DNA of 64,000 nt from contig CBDCSU010000006.1 in NCBI GenBank assembly GCA_965221775.1, positions 896,001 to 960,000 of the forward strand, written 5' to 3'. Below the pieces are notes generated by a model. That model made no database searches and had not been told where the DNA came from. It was given only the letters and a program-made list of their open reading frames with translations. The DNA comes from Candidatus Latescibacterota bacterium. GTDB lineage: Bacteria; Latescibacterota; UBA2968; UBA8231. The translations under genes and the position numbers were made by a program. Positions 36,265-46,902 of this stretch are shown here, one piece after another (the stretch's first letter is position 1; each line of letters starts with the position of its first letter).

Positions 36265-37915
36265 GCGCCCAGCTGGCGCGCAGATACCTCGTCCCGAATC
36301 CGGCCGGGTCCCGTGGATTCTCCTCCACCACCCGGACCAGGCCGCTCCCATCTGCTTCCATCACATACAGCTCGGCCCAGAATCCATTCCCATCGGCGAC
36401 AAAGAGAATCCTGGAGCCATCCGGCGACCAGCTCGGGGCCCTGACGAAACTCGTCCGCACTTCGCCGAAGATGCTGTCCTCGGTAAGGACGGTCTGATCT
36501 CCGGTGGCGATGTCGATCACCACCAGATCCGTTCGTTTGGACAGGACGGGCGGATCCACCCACGTATTGATGTTCCGTTCCCTGACCACGATCAGTCGCT
36601 GGCCGTCGGGGGAGAAGGCCGGATCGTAGTAGTCCCATGCGTGGATTCCGCTGGACATGTCCTGCTCCGCTGTGATCATCCGCGCCGGCCCTCCATCCAG
36701 GCTGATCTCGTATACGCCGATCTTCTCCCGGGGATAGGGTTGATACCAATTGGCCACGCAGTAGAGGAGCTTGTCGTGGCCCGACCACTCGACGGACCAC
36801 TCCCTCAGGATGTCATCGGTCACCTGCCTCCGATGGCCGCCATCGGCGTCCATGACAAACAGCTCGAAGGGATTGACGCTGAAGCCTCCGGCTATCAGGC
36901 CGCCCACTTCTCTCCTGGGGACCTCTATCTCATTCGGACTCACTCCCACGTAGGCGATCCTCTGGCCGTCGGGCGACCAGGTCGGGTCCACCTCCCACCC
37001 CTGGGTCCGTGTGAGCCGGGTCTCCTGGCCGCTCTCCACGTCGATGGTGAACAGATCCCTCCCCCGCTCGAAGGCGATCTTGGTCCCGTCCGGGGACCAG
37101 GAGAGGGGGGACCGGCGGAACCTTCCCTCTTCCCCCTCGTCATGGGTCAGCCGCCGTAGACGTTCCGTCGAGTCCAGCACGTAGATGTCGAACCAGCCGG
37201 TGCTGTCGAGGTTGGCCACGAAAGCGATCTTCGTCTGGATGATCTTGCCGATCCCGGACGACTCGGGCTCCTCCTCATCGGGAACCTCACGCCGCAGAAA
37301 GACCTCGATGCCCCTCTCCTGGAGTCGACTCAGCAGACTCTCGTCGGGGGGCAACTGCACGTCGTCCAGCTCGACGTAGCCCAGCGTCTCGAAGGACAGC
37401 AACGGCGTCAGGTCGGCCGTGGGGTTGTGGGACAGGATGAGTGTCTGAAGTTGGGCCAGTCCACTCAGTGGCTCGACGTTTGCGACTTCATTGGAAGAGA
37501 CATCCAGGTACCGCAGGTCCTGCAACTCCTTCAGAGGTGACAGATCGCTGATCTTGTTGTTTCTAAGGTCGAGCCATGTCAACACGGTCAGGGCGGCCAG
37601 GGGGGCGATCTCCCGGATGCGGTTGTCGGCCAGGGCCAGGCGTTCGAGACCACCCAGGGCCTGGATGCCGTCGAGTCCTTCGATGCCGTGGCCGCTTGCG
37701 TTCAGCACGGTCAGGGCCGCCAGCGCGCCAGAGGTGAAAGCCCGGTCCTCGACGACCAGGGCCCTGGCGACGGCCGTCGTCAAGCCCGTGTCGGCGAAGG
37801 TCACCTCGCCAGCCACGAGGCCCGGCTGCACGGGCGCCTCCGTAGGCTTCGATCCGCAGCCGCATATCCCCAGCAGGATGGCGGCGAGGGCGGCGGGAGG
37901 CACGGCGGAGCTCAT
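36257..37915 (-). CDS. Lipoprotein with internalin-like LRRs fused to a TolB-like (PD40) propeller
   Basis: ICGC lipobox; LxxLxLxxNxIxDL repeats; WSPDG repeats. Confidence 0.85.
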   Translation of the reverse strand: MSSAVPPAALAAILLGICGCGSKPTEAPVQPGLVAGEVTFADTGLTTAVARALVVEDRAFTSGALAALTVLNASGHGIEGLDGIQALGGLERLALADNRIREIAPLAALTVLTWLDLRNNKISDLSPLKELQDLRYLDVSSNEVANVEPLSGLAQLQTLILSHNPTADLTPLLSFETLGYVELDDVQLPPDESLLSRLQERGIEVFLRREVPDEEEPESSGIGKIIQTKIAFVANLDSTGWFDIYVLDSTERLRRLTHDEGEEGRFRRSPLSWSPDGTKIAFERGRDLFTIDVESGQETRLTRTQGWEVDPTWSPDGQRIAYVGVSPNEIEVPRREVGGLIAGGFSVNPFELFVMDADGGHRRQVTDDILREWSVEWSGHDKLLYCVANWYQPYPREKIGVYEISLDGGPARMITAEQDMSSGIHAWDYYDPAFSPDGQRLIVVRERNINTWVDPPVLSKRTDLVVIDIATGDQTVLTEDSIFGEVRTSFVRAPSWSPDGSRILFVADGNGFWAELYVMEADGSGLVRVVEENPRDPAGFGTRYLRASWAPR

Positions 37916-37932
37916 GGGAGATTCCTCGAGAG

Positions 37933-39408
37933 TCACACGAACCGCAGGCCGCGCTGGTTCCCCATCCCCTTGGGGGCGACCATGTCGCGTTTGGCGGTGA
38001 CGTCGAGGGCGGGATCCGGCACCCCCACCAGCTCCCCGTCCTTCACCCAGTCCTCGTCGCCGCCGTAGAGCTCGCCCATGAGCAGCTCCTGCAGGCGCCT
38101 CAGCTCGCCGGCGTGGGCGGGATCGCCGGCCAGGTCCCGCGTCTCCCGCGGGTCGGCCTCCAGGTCGAAGAGCTGCGAGCGGTTGCCGGCGGCGTAGTAG
38201 ATCAGCTTGTAGCGGCCGGCGCGGATCATGCGCGTCCCCAGGTCGCCGGCGAAGTGCTCCCCGTAGAGGTGGTCGCGCCGCTCCTCCCCGGCCAGGGAGA
38301 GCCCGTCGGCGGTGGCCGGGACCGGCAGTCCGCACAGGTCCAGCAGCGTCGGCATGAGGTCGCCGAACTCGGCGAGGCGGTCGTCCCGCGTTCCGGGGGT
38401 GAGCCGCTCCTCGCCGCGGGGCGGGATGATGATGAGGGGGATCTTGGCCGACATCTCGTAGAGGGGGGTCATGCACCAGAGGCCGTGCTCGCCGAGCATG
38501 TGGCCGTGGTCGGAGGTGAAGACGATGATCGTGTCGTCGAGGAGGCCCTGCTCGCGCAGGAGACCGACCATGAGCCGCATCTGGTTGTCGATGTGGGTGA
38601 GGGTGGCGTAGAAGGCGCGCCGCGCCAGGCGCTGCTCGTGCCAGGGGGCGCCGACCATGGCGCTCATGTTCTGGTTGCGGTAGCGCAGGGTGTAGGGCAG
38701 TTGGGCCGGGTCGGCGGACCAGTCCCCCGTCGACGACCGGTCGATCTCGACATCGCGGTAGAGGTCGAGGTATTCCTGGAGCGGCGTCATCGGCGGATGG
38801 GGCGCGGAGAACGAGAGGTACCAGAACCCCGGCTTGCGCGGGTCCCGCCGGTGGATCGCCTTCGACATCTCGCGGACCGCCCAGTTGACGGGGTGGCAGT
38901 CCTCCGGCAGGTGCCAGGGCCGCGCCAGGAAGTCGTTGTGGCACATGCCGCCGGCGTACTCCATGCCGGCGTGGCCGCGCTCGGCCAGGAAGATCTCCCA
39001 GTCGTCGGCGCGGCCGTCGAACTGGTGGCGGCCCTGCTCCTCGAGGATGACCTCGTCGAAGCCGATGCGGTCGCGCTGGGGGGAGACGTGGAGCTTGCCC
39101 ACGCAGTAGGTCTGGTAGCCGCCCTCGCGGAAGCAGCCGGCCAGGGTCGGCGCGTCGGGCAGCGGGTTCCGCTCCATGAAGGTCCGGTCGCCGTGGGAGC
39201 GGGCGTTCATCCCCGTCATCAGGGAGCGCCGCGCCGGGATGCACGAGGGACAGGCCGAGTAGGCCTGCTCGTAGGTGACGCCGTTGCGGCTCATCTGCTC
39301 CACCGTGGGGGTCATCACCACCGGGTGCCCCGCCGGCCGCGTGAGCAGCCCGCTCCAGTGGTCGGTGCAGATGAGCAGCACGTTCGGTCGGCGCCCTGCG
39401 TCGGCCAT
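37933..39408 (-). CDS. Sulfatase (formylglycine-dependent, Cys type)
   Basis: RPNVLLICTD, CIPARRSLMTG, GKLH, PHPP, TSDHG. Confidence 0.93.
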   Translation of the reverse strand: MADAGRRPNVLLICTDHWSGLLTRPAGHPVVMTPTVEQMSRNGVTYEQAYSACPSCIPARRSLMTGMNARSHGDRTFMERNPLPDAPTLAGCFREGGYQTYCVGKLHVSPQRDRIGFDEVILEEQGRHQFDGRADDWEIFLAERGHAGMEYAGGMCHNDFLARPWHLPEDCHPVNWAVREMSKAIHRRDPRKPGFWYLSFSAPHPPMTPLQEYLDLYRDVEIDRSSTGDWSADPAQLPYTLRYRNQNMSAMVGAPWHEQRLARRAFYATLTHIDNQMRLMVGLLREQGLLDDTIIVFTSDHGHMLGEHGLWCMTPLYEMSAKIPLIIIPPRGEERLTPGTRDDRLAEFGDLMPTLLDLCGLPVPATADGLSLAGEERRDHLYGEHFAGDLGTRMIRAGRYKLIYYAAGNRSQLFDLEADPRETRDLAGDPAHAGELRRLQELLMGELYGGDEDWVKDGELVGVPDPALDVTAKRDMVAPKGMGNQRGLRFV

Positions 39409-39618
39409 GGCTGACCCTCCTCGGGTGGGGTGCGTCCCCTGCGCAGCGGAAAGACAGAGGCCCGGAGGCGCCGCGCACAAGGGGAACCGGGCTTCCAGCG
39501 CCGGGCCGACTGGGAGGCCGCCGCAACCCTCTCCGGGCTTGCCGCCCGCCGGGGCGTCGAGTATCCTCGCCCCCGGGCGCCGGGCTCCCCGGGCGCCGGG
39601 ACCGCCGACCGACTCCCC

Positions 39619-41028
39619 GTGACCTCCTCCAAGACAGGCCTGTCCGCCCTGCCGCCGGTGGACCGCGTCCTCGACGACCCCAGGGTCGCTGCGCTGGGGG
39701 ATCGCTGCGACCGCCGCGTCCTGGCCGGCCTCGTGCGCGACGCCCTCGCCGGACTGCGCGAGGACCTGCTGGAGGGAGGCGCCCCCGGCCACCGGGAGGA
39801 GCTGATCGAGCTCGCCGTGGCCGGCGTCCGCGAGGGCCTCGACCGCAAGCTGGCCCCCCGCCTCGGCAAGGTGGTCAACGCCACCGGCATCGTCCTGCAC
39901 ACCAACCTCGGCCGCGCCCCGCTAACCGCCGACGCCATCCGCCGGATCGCCGAGACCGCCGGCGGCTACTGCGGCCTGGAGATCGACCTGGAGGACGGCG
40001 GACGCGGCAGCCGCCACCGCATCGTCGAGGAGCTGCTCTGCGAGCTGACCGGCGCCGAGGCGGCGGCCGTGGTCAACAACAACGCCGCCGCGGTGCTGAT
40101 CACCCTCAACAGCCTCGCCCTCGGGCGGGAGGCGGTGGTCTCCCGGGGCCAGCTCATCGAGATCGGCGGCTCCTTCCGCCTGCCCGACGTGATGGAGCGC
40201 AGCGGCGCCTTCCCGGTCGAGGTGGGCACCACCAACCGCACCCACCTGTCCGACTACGAGGCGGCGATCAGCGAGCGCACGGGGCTGCTCCTCGACGCCC
40301 ACACCAGCAACTACCGCGTCCTCGGCTTCACCGCCTCCGTGCCGCTGGAGGAGCTGGTCGCCCTCGGCCGCAGCCGTGGCCTGCCGGTGGTCCGCGACCT
40401 CGGCGGGGGCGCCCTCATCGACCTGAGCGAACTCGGCCTGCCCGCCGAGCCACTGGTGGCCGACAGCGTCGCTGCCGGCGCCGACGTGGTCACCTTCAGC
40501 GGCGACAAGGTCCTCGGGGGGCCCCAGGCCGGGCTGATCGTCGGCCGCCGGGAGAGTGTCGACCGCATCCGCACCAACCCGCTGATGCGCGCCCTGCGCT
40601 GCGGCAAGCTGACCTACGCGGCTCTCGAAGCCACCCTGCGCCTTTACCTGGACCGCTCGCGGCTGCTGGCCGAGCACCCGGTGCTGAGCCGGCTCACCGT
40701 GCCGGTGGCCACCCTCAAGCGCCGCGGCGGCCGCCTGCGCCGCCGCTTGGCCGATCTGCGCGAGGCCGGGTGGCGGATCGAGCTGATCGACTCGCGGGCC
40801 CAGGCCGGCAGCGGCTCCCTGCCCCTGGAGGAGATCCCGAGCGCCGCCCTCGCCGTGAAGCCCCCGGCTCGGCCGGTGGAGGAGCTGGCGGCGCGCCTGC
40901 GGCGGCACGACCCGCCGGTGGTCGGGTACGTGCGCGAGGACCGCCTGCACCTCGACCTGCGCACGGTCGCCGCCGGCGAGATCGCCGTCCTCGAGGCGGC
41001 CCTGCGCCGGGCCTCGGTCCCGCCGTGA
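39619..41028 (+). CDS. selA: L-seryl-tRNA(Sec) selenium transferase
   Basis: [49 protein letters not shown]. Confidence 0.97.
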   Translation: MTSSKTGLSALPPVDRVLDDPRVAALGDRCDRRVLAGLVRDALAGLREDLLEGGAPGHREELIELAVAGVREGLDRKLAPRLGKVVNATGIVLHTNLGRAPLTADAIRRIAETAGGYCGLEIDLEDGGRGSRHRIVEELLCELTGAEAAAVVNNNAAAVLITLNSLALGREAVVSRGQLIEIGGSFRLPDVMERSGAFPVEVGTTNRTHLSDYEAAISERTGLLLDAHTSNYRVLGFTASVPLEELVALGRSRGLPVVRDLGGGALIDLSELGLPAEPLVADSVAAGADVVTFSGDKVLGGPQAGLIVGRRESVDRIRTNPLMRALRCGKLTYAALEATLRLYLDRSRLLAEHPVLSRLTVPVATLKRRGGRLRRRLADLREAGWRIELIDSRAQAGSGSLPLEEIPSAALAVKPPARPVEELAARLRRHDPPVVGYVREDRLHLDLRTVAAGEIAVLEAALRRASVPP

Positions 41029-42968
41029 GCCCGGGCCGCCACGTCATCATCGGCACGGCGGGCCACATCGACCACGGCAAGACCGCCCTGGTGAAGGCCC
41101 TCACCGGCATCGAGACCGACACCCACCCCCAGGAGCGGGCCCGGGGGCTGACCATCGACGTGGGGTTCGCCTACTGGAAGGAGGGCGTCACCCTCCTCGA
41201 CGTGCCGGGCCACGAGCGCTTCGTCAAGAACGCGGTGGCCGGCGTCAGCTCCGTCGACCTCGCCCTCTTCGTGGTCGCCGCCGACGACGGCGTCATGCCC
41301 CAGACGCGGGAGCACCTGGCCATCCTCCGGCTCCTCGGGGTGGGCGACGGCATCGTGGCCCTCACCAAGACCGACCTCGTGGAGCCCGAGTGGGTGGAGA
41401 TGGTCGTCGAGGACCTGCGCGAGCTGCTCGCCGGCACCTTCCTCGAGGCAGCGGAGATCGTCCCTGTCTCCTCGGTCACCGGGGAGGGGATCGGCCGCCT
41501 GCGGGAGCTGCTTGAGGAGCGCATCGCCGGCGTCGGGGAACGCCCCGACCGCGGCGCCTTGCGCCTGCCCGTGGACCGCGCCTTCTCCATGAGCGGCTTC
41601 GGCACGGTGGTGACCGGCACCGTCCTGGCCGGGTCGGTGCGCCCCAGGGACGAGCTGGTCCTGCAGCCCCGGGGGCGTCCGGTGCGGGTCCGCGGGGTGC
41701 AGATCCACGGCCGCGACGTGGCCGAAGCGGGTCCCGGGGACCGCGCCGCCGTGAACCTGTCGGACGTGACCGTGGACGAAGTCGCCCGCGGCGACACCCT
41801 GGCCGAGCCCGGGTTCTTCGAGGCCACGAGCCTGATCGACGCCCACCTGCGGGTCCTCGAGGACGCGCCCGCGGTCCTGAAGCACCGGGACCGACTGCGC
41901 CTCCACCTGGGGCCGGGGGAGGTCCTGGGGCGGGTGGTCCTGCTCGACGCCGACGCCCTGGCCCCCGGCGACAGCGGCTTCGTGCAGCTCCGCCTGGAGA
42001 GGCCGGGGACGGCCGCCCACGGGGACCGCTTCGTGGCGCGCCGCTACTCGCCCGCGCGCACCATCGCCGGCGGTACCGTCCTCGATCCCCGGGCACGGCC
42101 TCAGCGGCGGCGGCGGCCGGAGGTGCTGAAGCGGCTGCGGCGCCTGCACACGGGGGACCCGGGGACGGTCCTGGAGAGCCTGCTGCGCGATGCCGGCGCC
42201 GGCAGCCGCTCGGCGGCTGACCTGGCACCCGTTCTGGGCAGAAGCGTCGCCGACGTGGAGGCGAGGCTGGGGAAGCTGCGCGACCGCGGCGTCTGCGTCG
42301 ACTTCGAGCAGGCGGGCCGGCGGCGGTTCGTGCACGCCGGGGCCTGGGACCGCCTGGGCGAGGGGATTCTGGAGGCGCTGGCCGCCTTCCACGAGGAGCA
42401 GCCCCTGCAGCCGGCCGTCTCGCGGGAGGAGCTGAGCCGGCGCACCGGCGTCGATCCCGAGGCGGCGGTGTTCCAGGCGGTGGCGGAGTCCCTGGCGGCG
42501 GGCGGGCAGGTGCGCCTGGAGGCCGGGCGGCTGTCCCTGCCCGGCCACCGGGTCGAGCTGACGCCGGAGCAGGAGGCCCTCCGGCAGGGGATCGCCGCGG
42601 CCCTGCGGGACGGCGGCGCCCAACCGCCTGACGAGGGCGAGCTGCCCGGGCGCCTGGGCCGGCCCGCGGCGGAGGTCGAGGCCGTGGTCGCCGTCATGCA
42701 GGAGCGGGGCGACCTCTTGCGGCTGCGGGACGGCCTCCTCTTCGAGGCCGGGGTGCTGGAGCGGATCGAGTCGGACCTCGTGGCCCATCTGCGCGAGCAC
42801 GGGCAGATCGAGGTCGCCGGCTTCCGCGCGCTGGTGGGCACCACCCGCCGCTTCGCCCTGCCCCTGCTCAACTACTTCGACGGCAAGGGCCTGACCCAAC
42901 GGGAAGACGCCCTCCGCCGGCTCGTTCCGGGCGCGGTTGACAGCCGCGGAAACGCCGCCGGAGATTGA
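41025..42968 (+). CDS. selB: Selenocysteine-specific elongation factor
   Basis: [19 protein letters not shown] and C-terminal winged-helix [13 protein letters not shown]. Confidence 0.97.
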   Translation: MSPGRHVIIGTAGHIDHGKTALVKALTGIETDTHPQERARGLTIDVGFAYWKEGVTLLDVPGHERFVKNAVAGVSSVDLALFVVAADDGVMPQTREHLAILRLLGVGDGIVALTKTDLVEPEWVEMVVEDLRELLAGTFLEAAEIVPVSSVTGEGIGRLRELLEERIAGVGERPDRGALRLPVDRAFSMSGFGTVVTGTVLAGSVRPRDELVLQPRGRPVRVRGVQIHGRDVAEAGPGDRAAVNLSDVTVDEVARGDTLAEPGFFEATSLIDAHLRVLEDAPAVLKHRDRLRLHLGPGEVLGRVVLLDADALAPGDSGFVQLRLERPGTAAHGDRFVARRYSPARTIAGGTVLDPRARPQRRRRPEVLKRLRRLHTGDPGTVLESLLRDAGAGSRSAADLAPVLGRSVADVEARLGKLRDRGVCVDFEQAGRRRFVHAGAWDRLGEGILEALAAFHEEQPLQPAVSREELSRRTGVDPEAAVFQAVAESLAAGGQVRLEAGRLSLPGHRVELTPEQEALRQGIAAALRDGGAQPPDEGELPGRLGRPAAEVEAVVAVMQERGDLLRLRDGLLFEAGVLERIESDLVAHLREHGQIEVAGFRALVGTTRRFALPLLNYFDGKGLTQREDALRRLVPGAVDSRGNAAGD

Positions 42969-42987
42969 CCGGACCGCTGATCGGAAG

Positions 42988-43083
42988 GGGAATGGCTGGG
43001 GCTCTGGTGGCCCTCGCGGACTTCAAATCCGTTGCGGCGCGGTCTCCGCGCCGGGTGGGTTCGATTCCCACACATTCCCGCCA
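42988..43083 (+). tRNA. selC: tRNA-Sec (anticodon TCA)
   Basis: GGGAATG/CATTCCC-GCCA acceptor, loop CTTCAAA, long variable arm, GTGGG-TTCGATT-CCCAC; follows selB. Confidence 0.96.
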
Positions 43084-43093
43084 GAACAAGGAG

Positions 43094-43142
43094 ACCCGCC
43101 CGCGGGAAACCGGTGAGCACCGGACCGCGGGCGGGTTTCTTC
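43094..43142 (+). terminator. Intrinsic terminator-like hairpin between selC and the convergent Rdx gene
   Basis: ACCCGCCCGCGG/CCGCGGGCGGGT stem with inner CCGGTG/CACCGG, ending in TTTCTT. Confidence 0.7.
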
Positions 43143-43160
43143 CTGCGGATCACCCCGATC

Positions 43161-43388
43161 TCAGATCTTCTCGAGGATCTCCTTCTCCTCGGGGAAACGT
43201 CCCTCGGCGAGCTTGGAGAAGATCAGCTCACCGTCGACCGTGACCTCGAAGCGCCCGCCGTGGGACGGCAGGAGCACGAGCTGGGCGAGGTCGAGCTTCT
43301 TGTGCTTGAGGATTGCGGCCGTCAGACCGACGGCCTGGGGTTCGTAGCCTCAGGAACTGCAGTACTGGATCTCGATCTTGTCGATCAT
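43161..43388 (-). CDS. Rdx (SelW/SelT/SelH-like) selenoprotein with CxxU motif, 75 aa
   Basis: MIDKIEIQYCSS-TGA(43352-43350)-GYEPQAVGL..PSHGGRFEVTVDGELIFSKLAEGRFPE; AAGGAAGGAG RBS; SECIS-like hairpin downstream of the TGA. Confidence 0.92.
43317..43335 (-). promoter_or_regulatory. Bacterial SECIS element
   Basis: GGCCGUC-GGUCU-GACGGCC beginning 14 nt after the in-frame UGA. Confidence 0.8.
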
Positions 43389-43408
43389 CTCGTCTCCTTC
43401 CTTTGTGA

Positions 43409-44170
43409 CTACGGTACGGGCGGGCTTTCCGGGGAGCAATCCGCCGACCCGAGCGGCTCGTGCCCCAGCACCCGGCGGGCGTGTTCGGTGTCGCGGTAGC
43501 TGAGCCGGTTGTCGGAGACCGCGTAGAACACGTCGAAGCGGACCTCCGCCGGCGCCGTGACGCAACGCTCCACGAGGACGGCCACGTTCTCCTGGCTGCA
43601 GTACACCGACTGGTCCCGCCGCTCCAGGGCCCGGTCCTCGGGGCGGACGGCGCCGATGCGCAGGCAGATCACCGAGAGCCCGGTGGAATCCGAGTAGTGG
43701 CGGGCCAGGGCCTCGCCCCAGGCCTTGGTGCAGCCGTAGAGGCCCGCCGGCCGCGGCGGGGTCTCGTGGGTGAGCATGGCCCAGGAGGCGGGGACGGCGG
43801 CGGGATCCCCCGAGACCAGGCTCTGGTACGGCTCCTCCTGCTCCCAGCCCGAGACCACCGAGCCGCTGCTGGCGTAGACCACGCGGGAGACGCCGGCCTG
43901 GCGCGAGGCTTCGAGCACGTTGTAAGTGCCCACCACGTTGTTGCGAAGCAGGGTCTCCCAGTCGCCGCGGATCGCCGCCGCCAGGTGGACGACTACGTCC
44001 ACCCCCTCGAAGGCGGGGCGGATGGCGTCGAGGTCGGCGATGTCCGCCTGGTGGCAGGGGACCCCCTCCACGGGACGGCGGTTCAGGGCCGACAGCTCGA
44101 AGCGGCCCTCCAGCCGCCGGCGCACGGCGCCGCCGATGAGACCGCTCATGCCGGTGATCAGCACCTTCAT
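43409..44170 (-). CDS. NAD-dependent epimerase/dehydrogenase (uronate dehydrogenase-like)
   Basis: ITGMSGLIG, YASS, YGCTK, LRIG. Confidence 0.9.
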   Translation of the reverse strand: MKVLITGMSGLIGGAVRRRLEGRFELSALNRRPVEGVPCHQADIADLDAIRPAFEGVDVVVHLAAAIRGDWETLLRNNVVGTYNVLEASRQAGVSRVVYASSGSVVSGWEQEEPYQSLVSGDPAAVPASWAMLTHETPPRPAGLYGCTKAWGEALARHYSDSTGLSVICLRIGAVRPEDRALERRDQSVYCSQENVAVLVERCVTAPAEVRFDVFYAVSDNRLSYRDTEHARRVLGHEPLGSADCSPESPPVP

Positions 44171-44264
44171 GGCGCACAAGACTCGTCCACGCTCCCGGGC
44201 GGCGCCAGTCCCGCGGGGCCCGCCGCTGGCCGCCGCGGCTCATCCCGCCCTACCTTTGGCCGCC

Positions 44265-45236
44265 ATGGCCACCATGCTCAGAGCCGCCAAGCACGACGGC
44301 GTCGGCAACGTCGTCGTCGAGCGCGTCGAGGTGCCCCGGCCCGGCGAGGGCGAGGTCCTCGTGCGCCTGCAGGCTTCCCTGATCAGCCGCGGCTCCGAGA
44401 TCGGCGGCCGCTACCTGAGCGAGACCGCCGTCGACCCGTCGCGCATGGGCTACTCCGCCGCCGGTGTCGTCGCCGAGGCGGGACCGGGCGTCGACGATCC
44501 CGCCCCCGGGGACCGGGTCGTCGTCTCCGCGCCCCACGCCGAGTACGTCATCGGTCAGGCCGGCGCGCCCCCCACCCGTCCCTCCATCACTCCCCTGCCC
44601 GACGAGGTCGGCTTCGAGGCCGCCACCTTCCTGCCCCTGACCACGAGCAGCCTGGCCTGGGCCGACAGCGCCATGATCGGGCCCCGAGACAGCGTCGTCA
44701 TCCTCGGCCAGGGGCTGGTGGGCAGCATCCTGCTGCAGGTGGTGCACCAGCGGCAGACGGGACGGCTGGTGGCCGTGGACGGGCTGGAGCGCCGCTGCCG
44801 GCTCGCCGGACGCATCGCCGACGATGTCGTCGACTGCTCGCGCCAGGACCCGGTGGAGGCGGTGCGGCGGCTCTGCCCCGGGGGGGCGGATGTGGTCATC
44901 GACTGCGTCGGCGGCGGCGCCGGGGTGCAGTCCTTCGCCCAGGCCCAGGAGATGTGCGCCGACGGCGGCGTGATCCAGCTCGTGGGGCTCTACCACCGGC
45001 AGCCCCTGCCCCTCGACGCCAGCCGCGTAATGGGCAAGCTCGTGGTCGGCGGCATCCGCACCCCGAAGCCCCGGGGCGAGTACAGCCGGGACGCCGCGCG
45101 CTTCCTGGCGGACGGGCACCTGGCCACCGAGGACATGATCACCCACCGCTTCCCCCTCGAGGAAGCGAAGCAGGCCTTCGACCTGCTCGTCGACGACCTG
45201 GGCTCGGCCCTGGGCGTGCTCTTCGTCTACGGCTAG
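44265..45236 (+). CDS. MDR-family alcohol dehydrogenase-like oxidoreductase
   Basis: SLISRGSE, GYSAAG, GQGLVG, ITHRFPLEE. Confidence 0.88.
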   Translation: MATMLRAAKHDGVGNVVVERVEVPRPGEGEVLVRLQASLISRGSEIGGRYLSETAVDPSRMGYSAAGVVAEAGPGVDDPAPGDRVVVSAPHAEYVIGQAGAPPTRPSITPLPDEVGFEAATFLPLTTSSLAWADSAMIGPRDSVVILGQGLVGSILLQVVHQRQTGRLVAVDGLERRCRLAGRIADDVVDCSRQDPVEAVRRLCPGGADVVIDCVGGGAGVQSFAQAQEMCADGGVIQLVGLYHRQPLPLDASRVMGKLVVGGIRTPKPRGEYSRDAARFLADGHLATEDMITHRFPLEEAKQAFDLLVDDLGSALGVLFVYG

Positions 45237-45260
45237 CGGCCGCAGCCGCCGGGAGACCCC

Positions 45261-46559
45261 ATGCCCGAATCGAACCACCCGCCGGAGCCGGAGAGGCTGC
45301 GCCACCTGCTGGAGGAGAACGGGGCCCGCGGGGAGGACCTGGACCGCTTCGACCGCATGACCTCGCGGCGGGGGTTCCTGTCGTCGGTGGGCAAAGGCGC
45401 GGCGCTGGCCGGCCTCGGCGTTTTCGGCGCCGGCCCCGACGCGGCCGTGCGGGGCCTCTTCGGCCGCGGGCTCATCCCCGGGGCCTGGGCGGCCGGGGAC
45501 GGACTGCCCAAGCCGGAGATGATCGTCCACTCCGAGGAGCCCTTCAACGGCGAGTTCCCCCCCCATCTGCTCGGCGACGCGGTGACGCCCACGAGCCGCC
45601 ACTTCGTGCGCAACAACGGCGGCATCCCCGGGCGCGCCCGCAGCCGCGACCCGCAGGACTGGAAGCTGACCGTCGACGGCGAGGTCCGCTCGCCGCGCGC
45701 CTTCTCCTACGACGATCTGGGCCGCCTGCCGCAGGTCACGCGCCGGCTGGTGGTCGAGTGCGCCGGCAACGGCCGCAGCCTCTTCGCCCCCGCCGTGGGC
45801 GGCACCCAGTGGGTCCGCGGGGCCGTGGCCTGCAGCGAGTGGACGGGGGTGCGCCTGCGCGACGTGCTCCAGGCCGCGGGGCTGACCGAGAAGGCCGTGT
45901 ACCTCGGCAACCACGGCGAGGACGAGCCGCCGTTCTCGCGGGGCATCCCCGTGGACAAGGCGATGGACGAGCACACCCTCATCGCCCTCAAGATGAACGG
46001 CGAGCCCCTGCCGGCGGCCCACGGCTTCCCGGCGCGCCTGCTGGTCCCGGGCTGGGTCGGCAGCTCCATGCAGAAGTGGCTCCACCGCATCCAGGTCCGC
46101 GACACCGTCCACGACTCCCGGCACATGAGCGGCTATTCCTACCGCGTGCCGGCCTATCCCGTCGCCCCCGGCCACAAGCCGCCGGAGTCGGACATGGCCA
46201 TCGCCACCTCGTGGCGGGTCAAGTCCCTCATCACCGCTCCCGCGCCGGAGGCCGAAGTCCAGCGAGGCCTTCCGCTGCAGGTCAGGGGACACGCCTGGGC
46301 CGGCGAGGGCCAGGTGGCCAGAGTGTTGGTCTCGACCGACTTCGGGGTCCACTGGCAGGAGGCCCGGCTGACGCAACCGGCCAACCGCTACGCCTGGTAC
46401 GGCTGGTCCGCCGAGCTAACCCTCGCCGCCCGGGGTTACTACGAGATCTGGGCCCGCGCCTTCGACGCCGCGGGCAACGCCCAGCCCTTCCGCCAGCCCT
46501 GGAACCCCAAGGGCTACCTCGGCAACGTCATCCACCGGGTGCCGGTGCGGGTGGCCTGA
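45261..46559 (+). CDS. Tat-exported sulfite oxidase-family molybdoprotein (SorA/SoxC-like)
   Basis: SRRGFL Tat motif, HFVRNNG, ECAGNGR, MNGEPLPAAHGFPARLLVPGW, QKWL. Confidence 0.92.
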   Translation: MPESNHPPEPERLRHLLEENGARGEDLDRFDRMTSRRGFLSSVGKGAALAGLGVFGAGPDAAVRGLFGRGLIPGAWAAGDGLPKPEMIVHSEEPFNGEFPPHLLGDAVTPTSRHFVRNNGGIPGRARSRDPQDWKLTVDGEVRSPRAFSYDDLGRLPQVTRRLVVECAGNGRSLFAPAVGGTQWVRGAVACSEWTGVRLRDVLQAAGLTEKAVYLGNHGEDEPPFSRGIPVDKAMDEHTLIALKMNGEPLPAAHGFPARLLVPGWVGSSMQKWLHRIQVRDTVHDSRHMSGYSYRVPAYPVAPGHKPPESDMAIATSWRVKSLITAPAPEAEVQRGLPLQVRGHAWAGEGQVARVLVSTDFGVHWQEARLTQPANRYAWYGWSAELTLAARGYYEIWARAFDAAGNAQPFRQPWNPKGYLGNVIHRVPVRVA

Positions 46560-46902
46560 AGACGGCGCGCGGCCGCCCTCGCGTGCGCCGCCCTTCTCGC
46601 CGGGCCCGCGCCGCGGCTCACGGAACGATCCCTCCGTCGTCGGCGGCTCCGCGCCGGCGCCTGTTCCGCCGGCGGCGTGCGGCCGCCTTCGCCTGCACCT
46701 CTCCTCTCCCGGACCCCGTCCCACCCGGCGGCCACAGGGAGTCCCGGTACCAAGCTCGGCCGGCGGCTGCGCTCTGAGCGGCGACTTCGGAGGCGCCGAG
46801 GGGAAGTACCTGCAGGCGTCGAGCTTGACTCCACCCATGTCCGGCCCCCGACGGCCTCGGCTTTGTCTATTCCGTCAGGACCCGGACGAGGCTCGCCCGC
46901 CG

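Noticed and set aside
43350-44243. 297-aa minus-strand ORF ending in YCSS
   Set aside because: It is an off-frame shadow of the epimerase gene. Only its last 12 codons are real, as the N-terminus of the selenoprotein.
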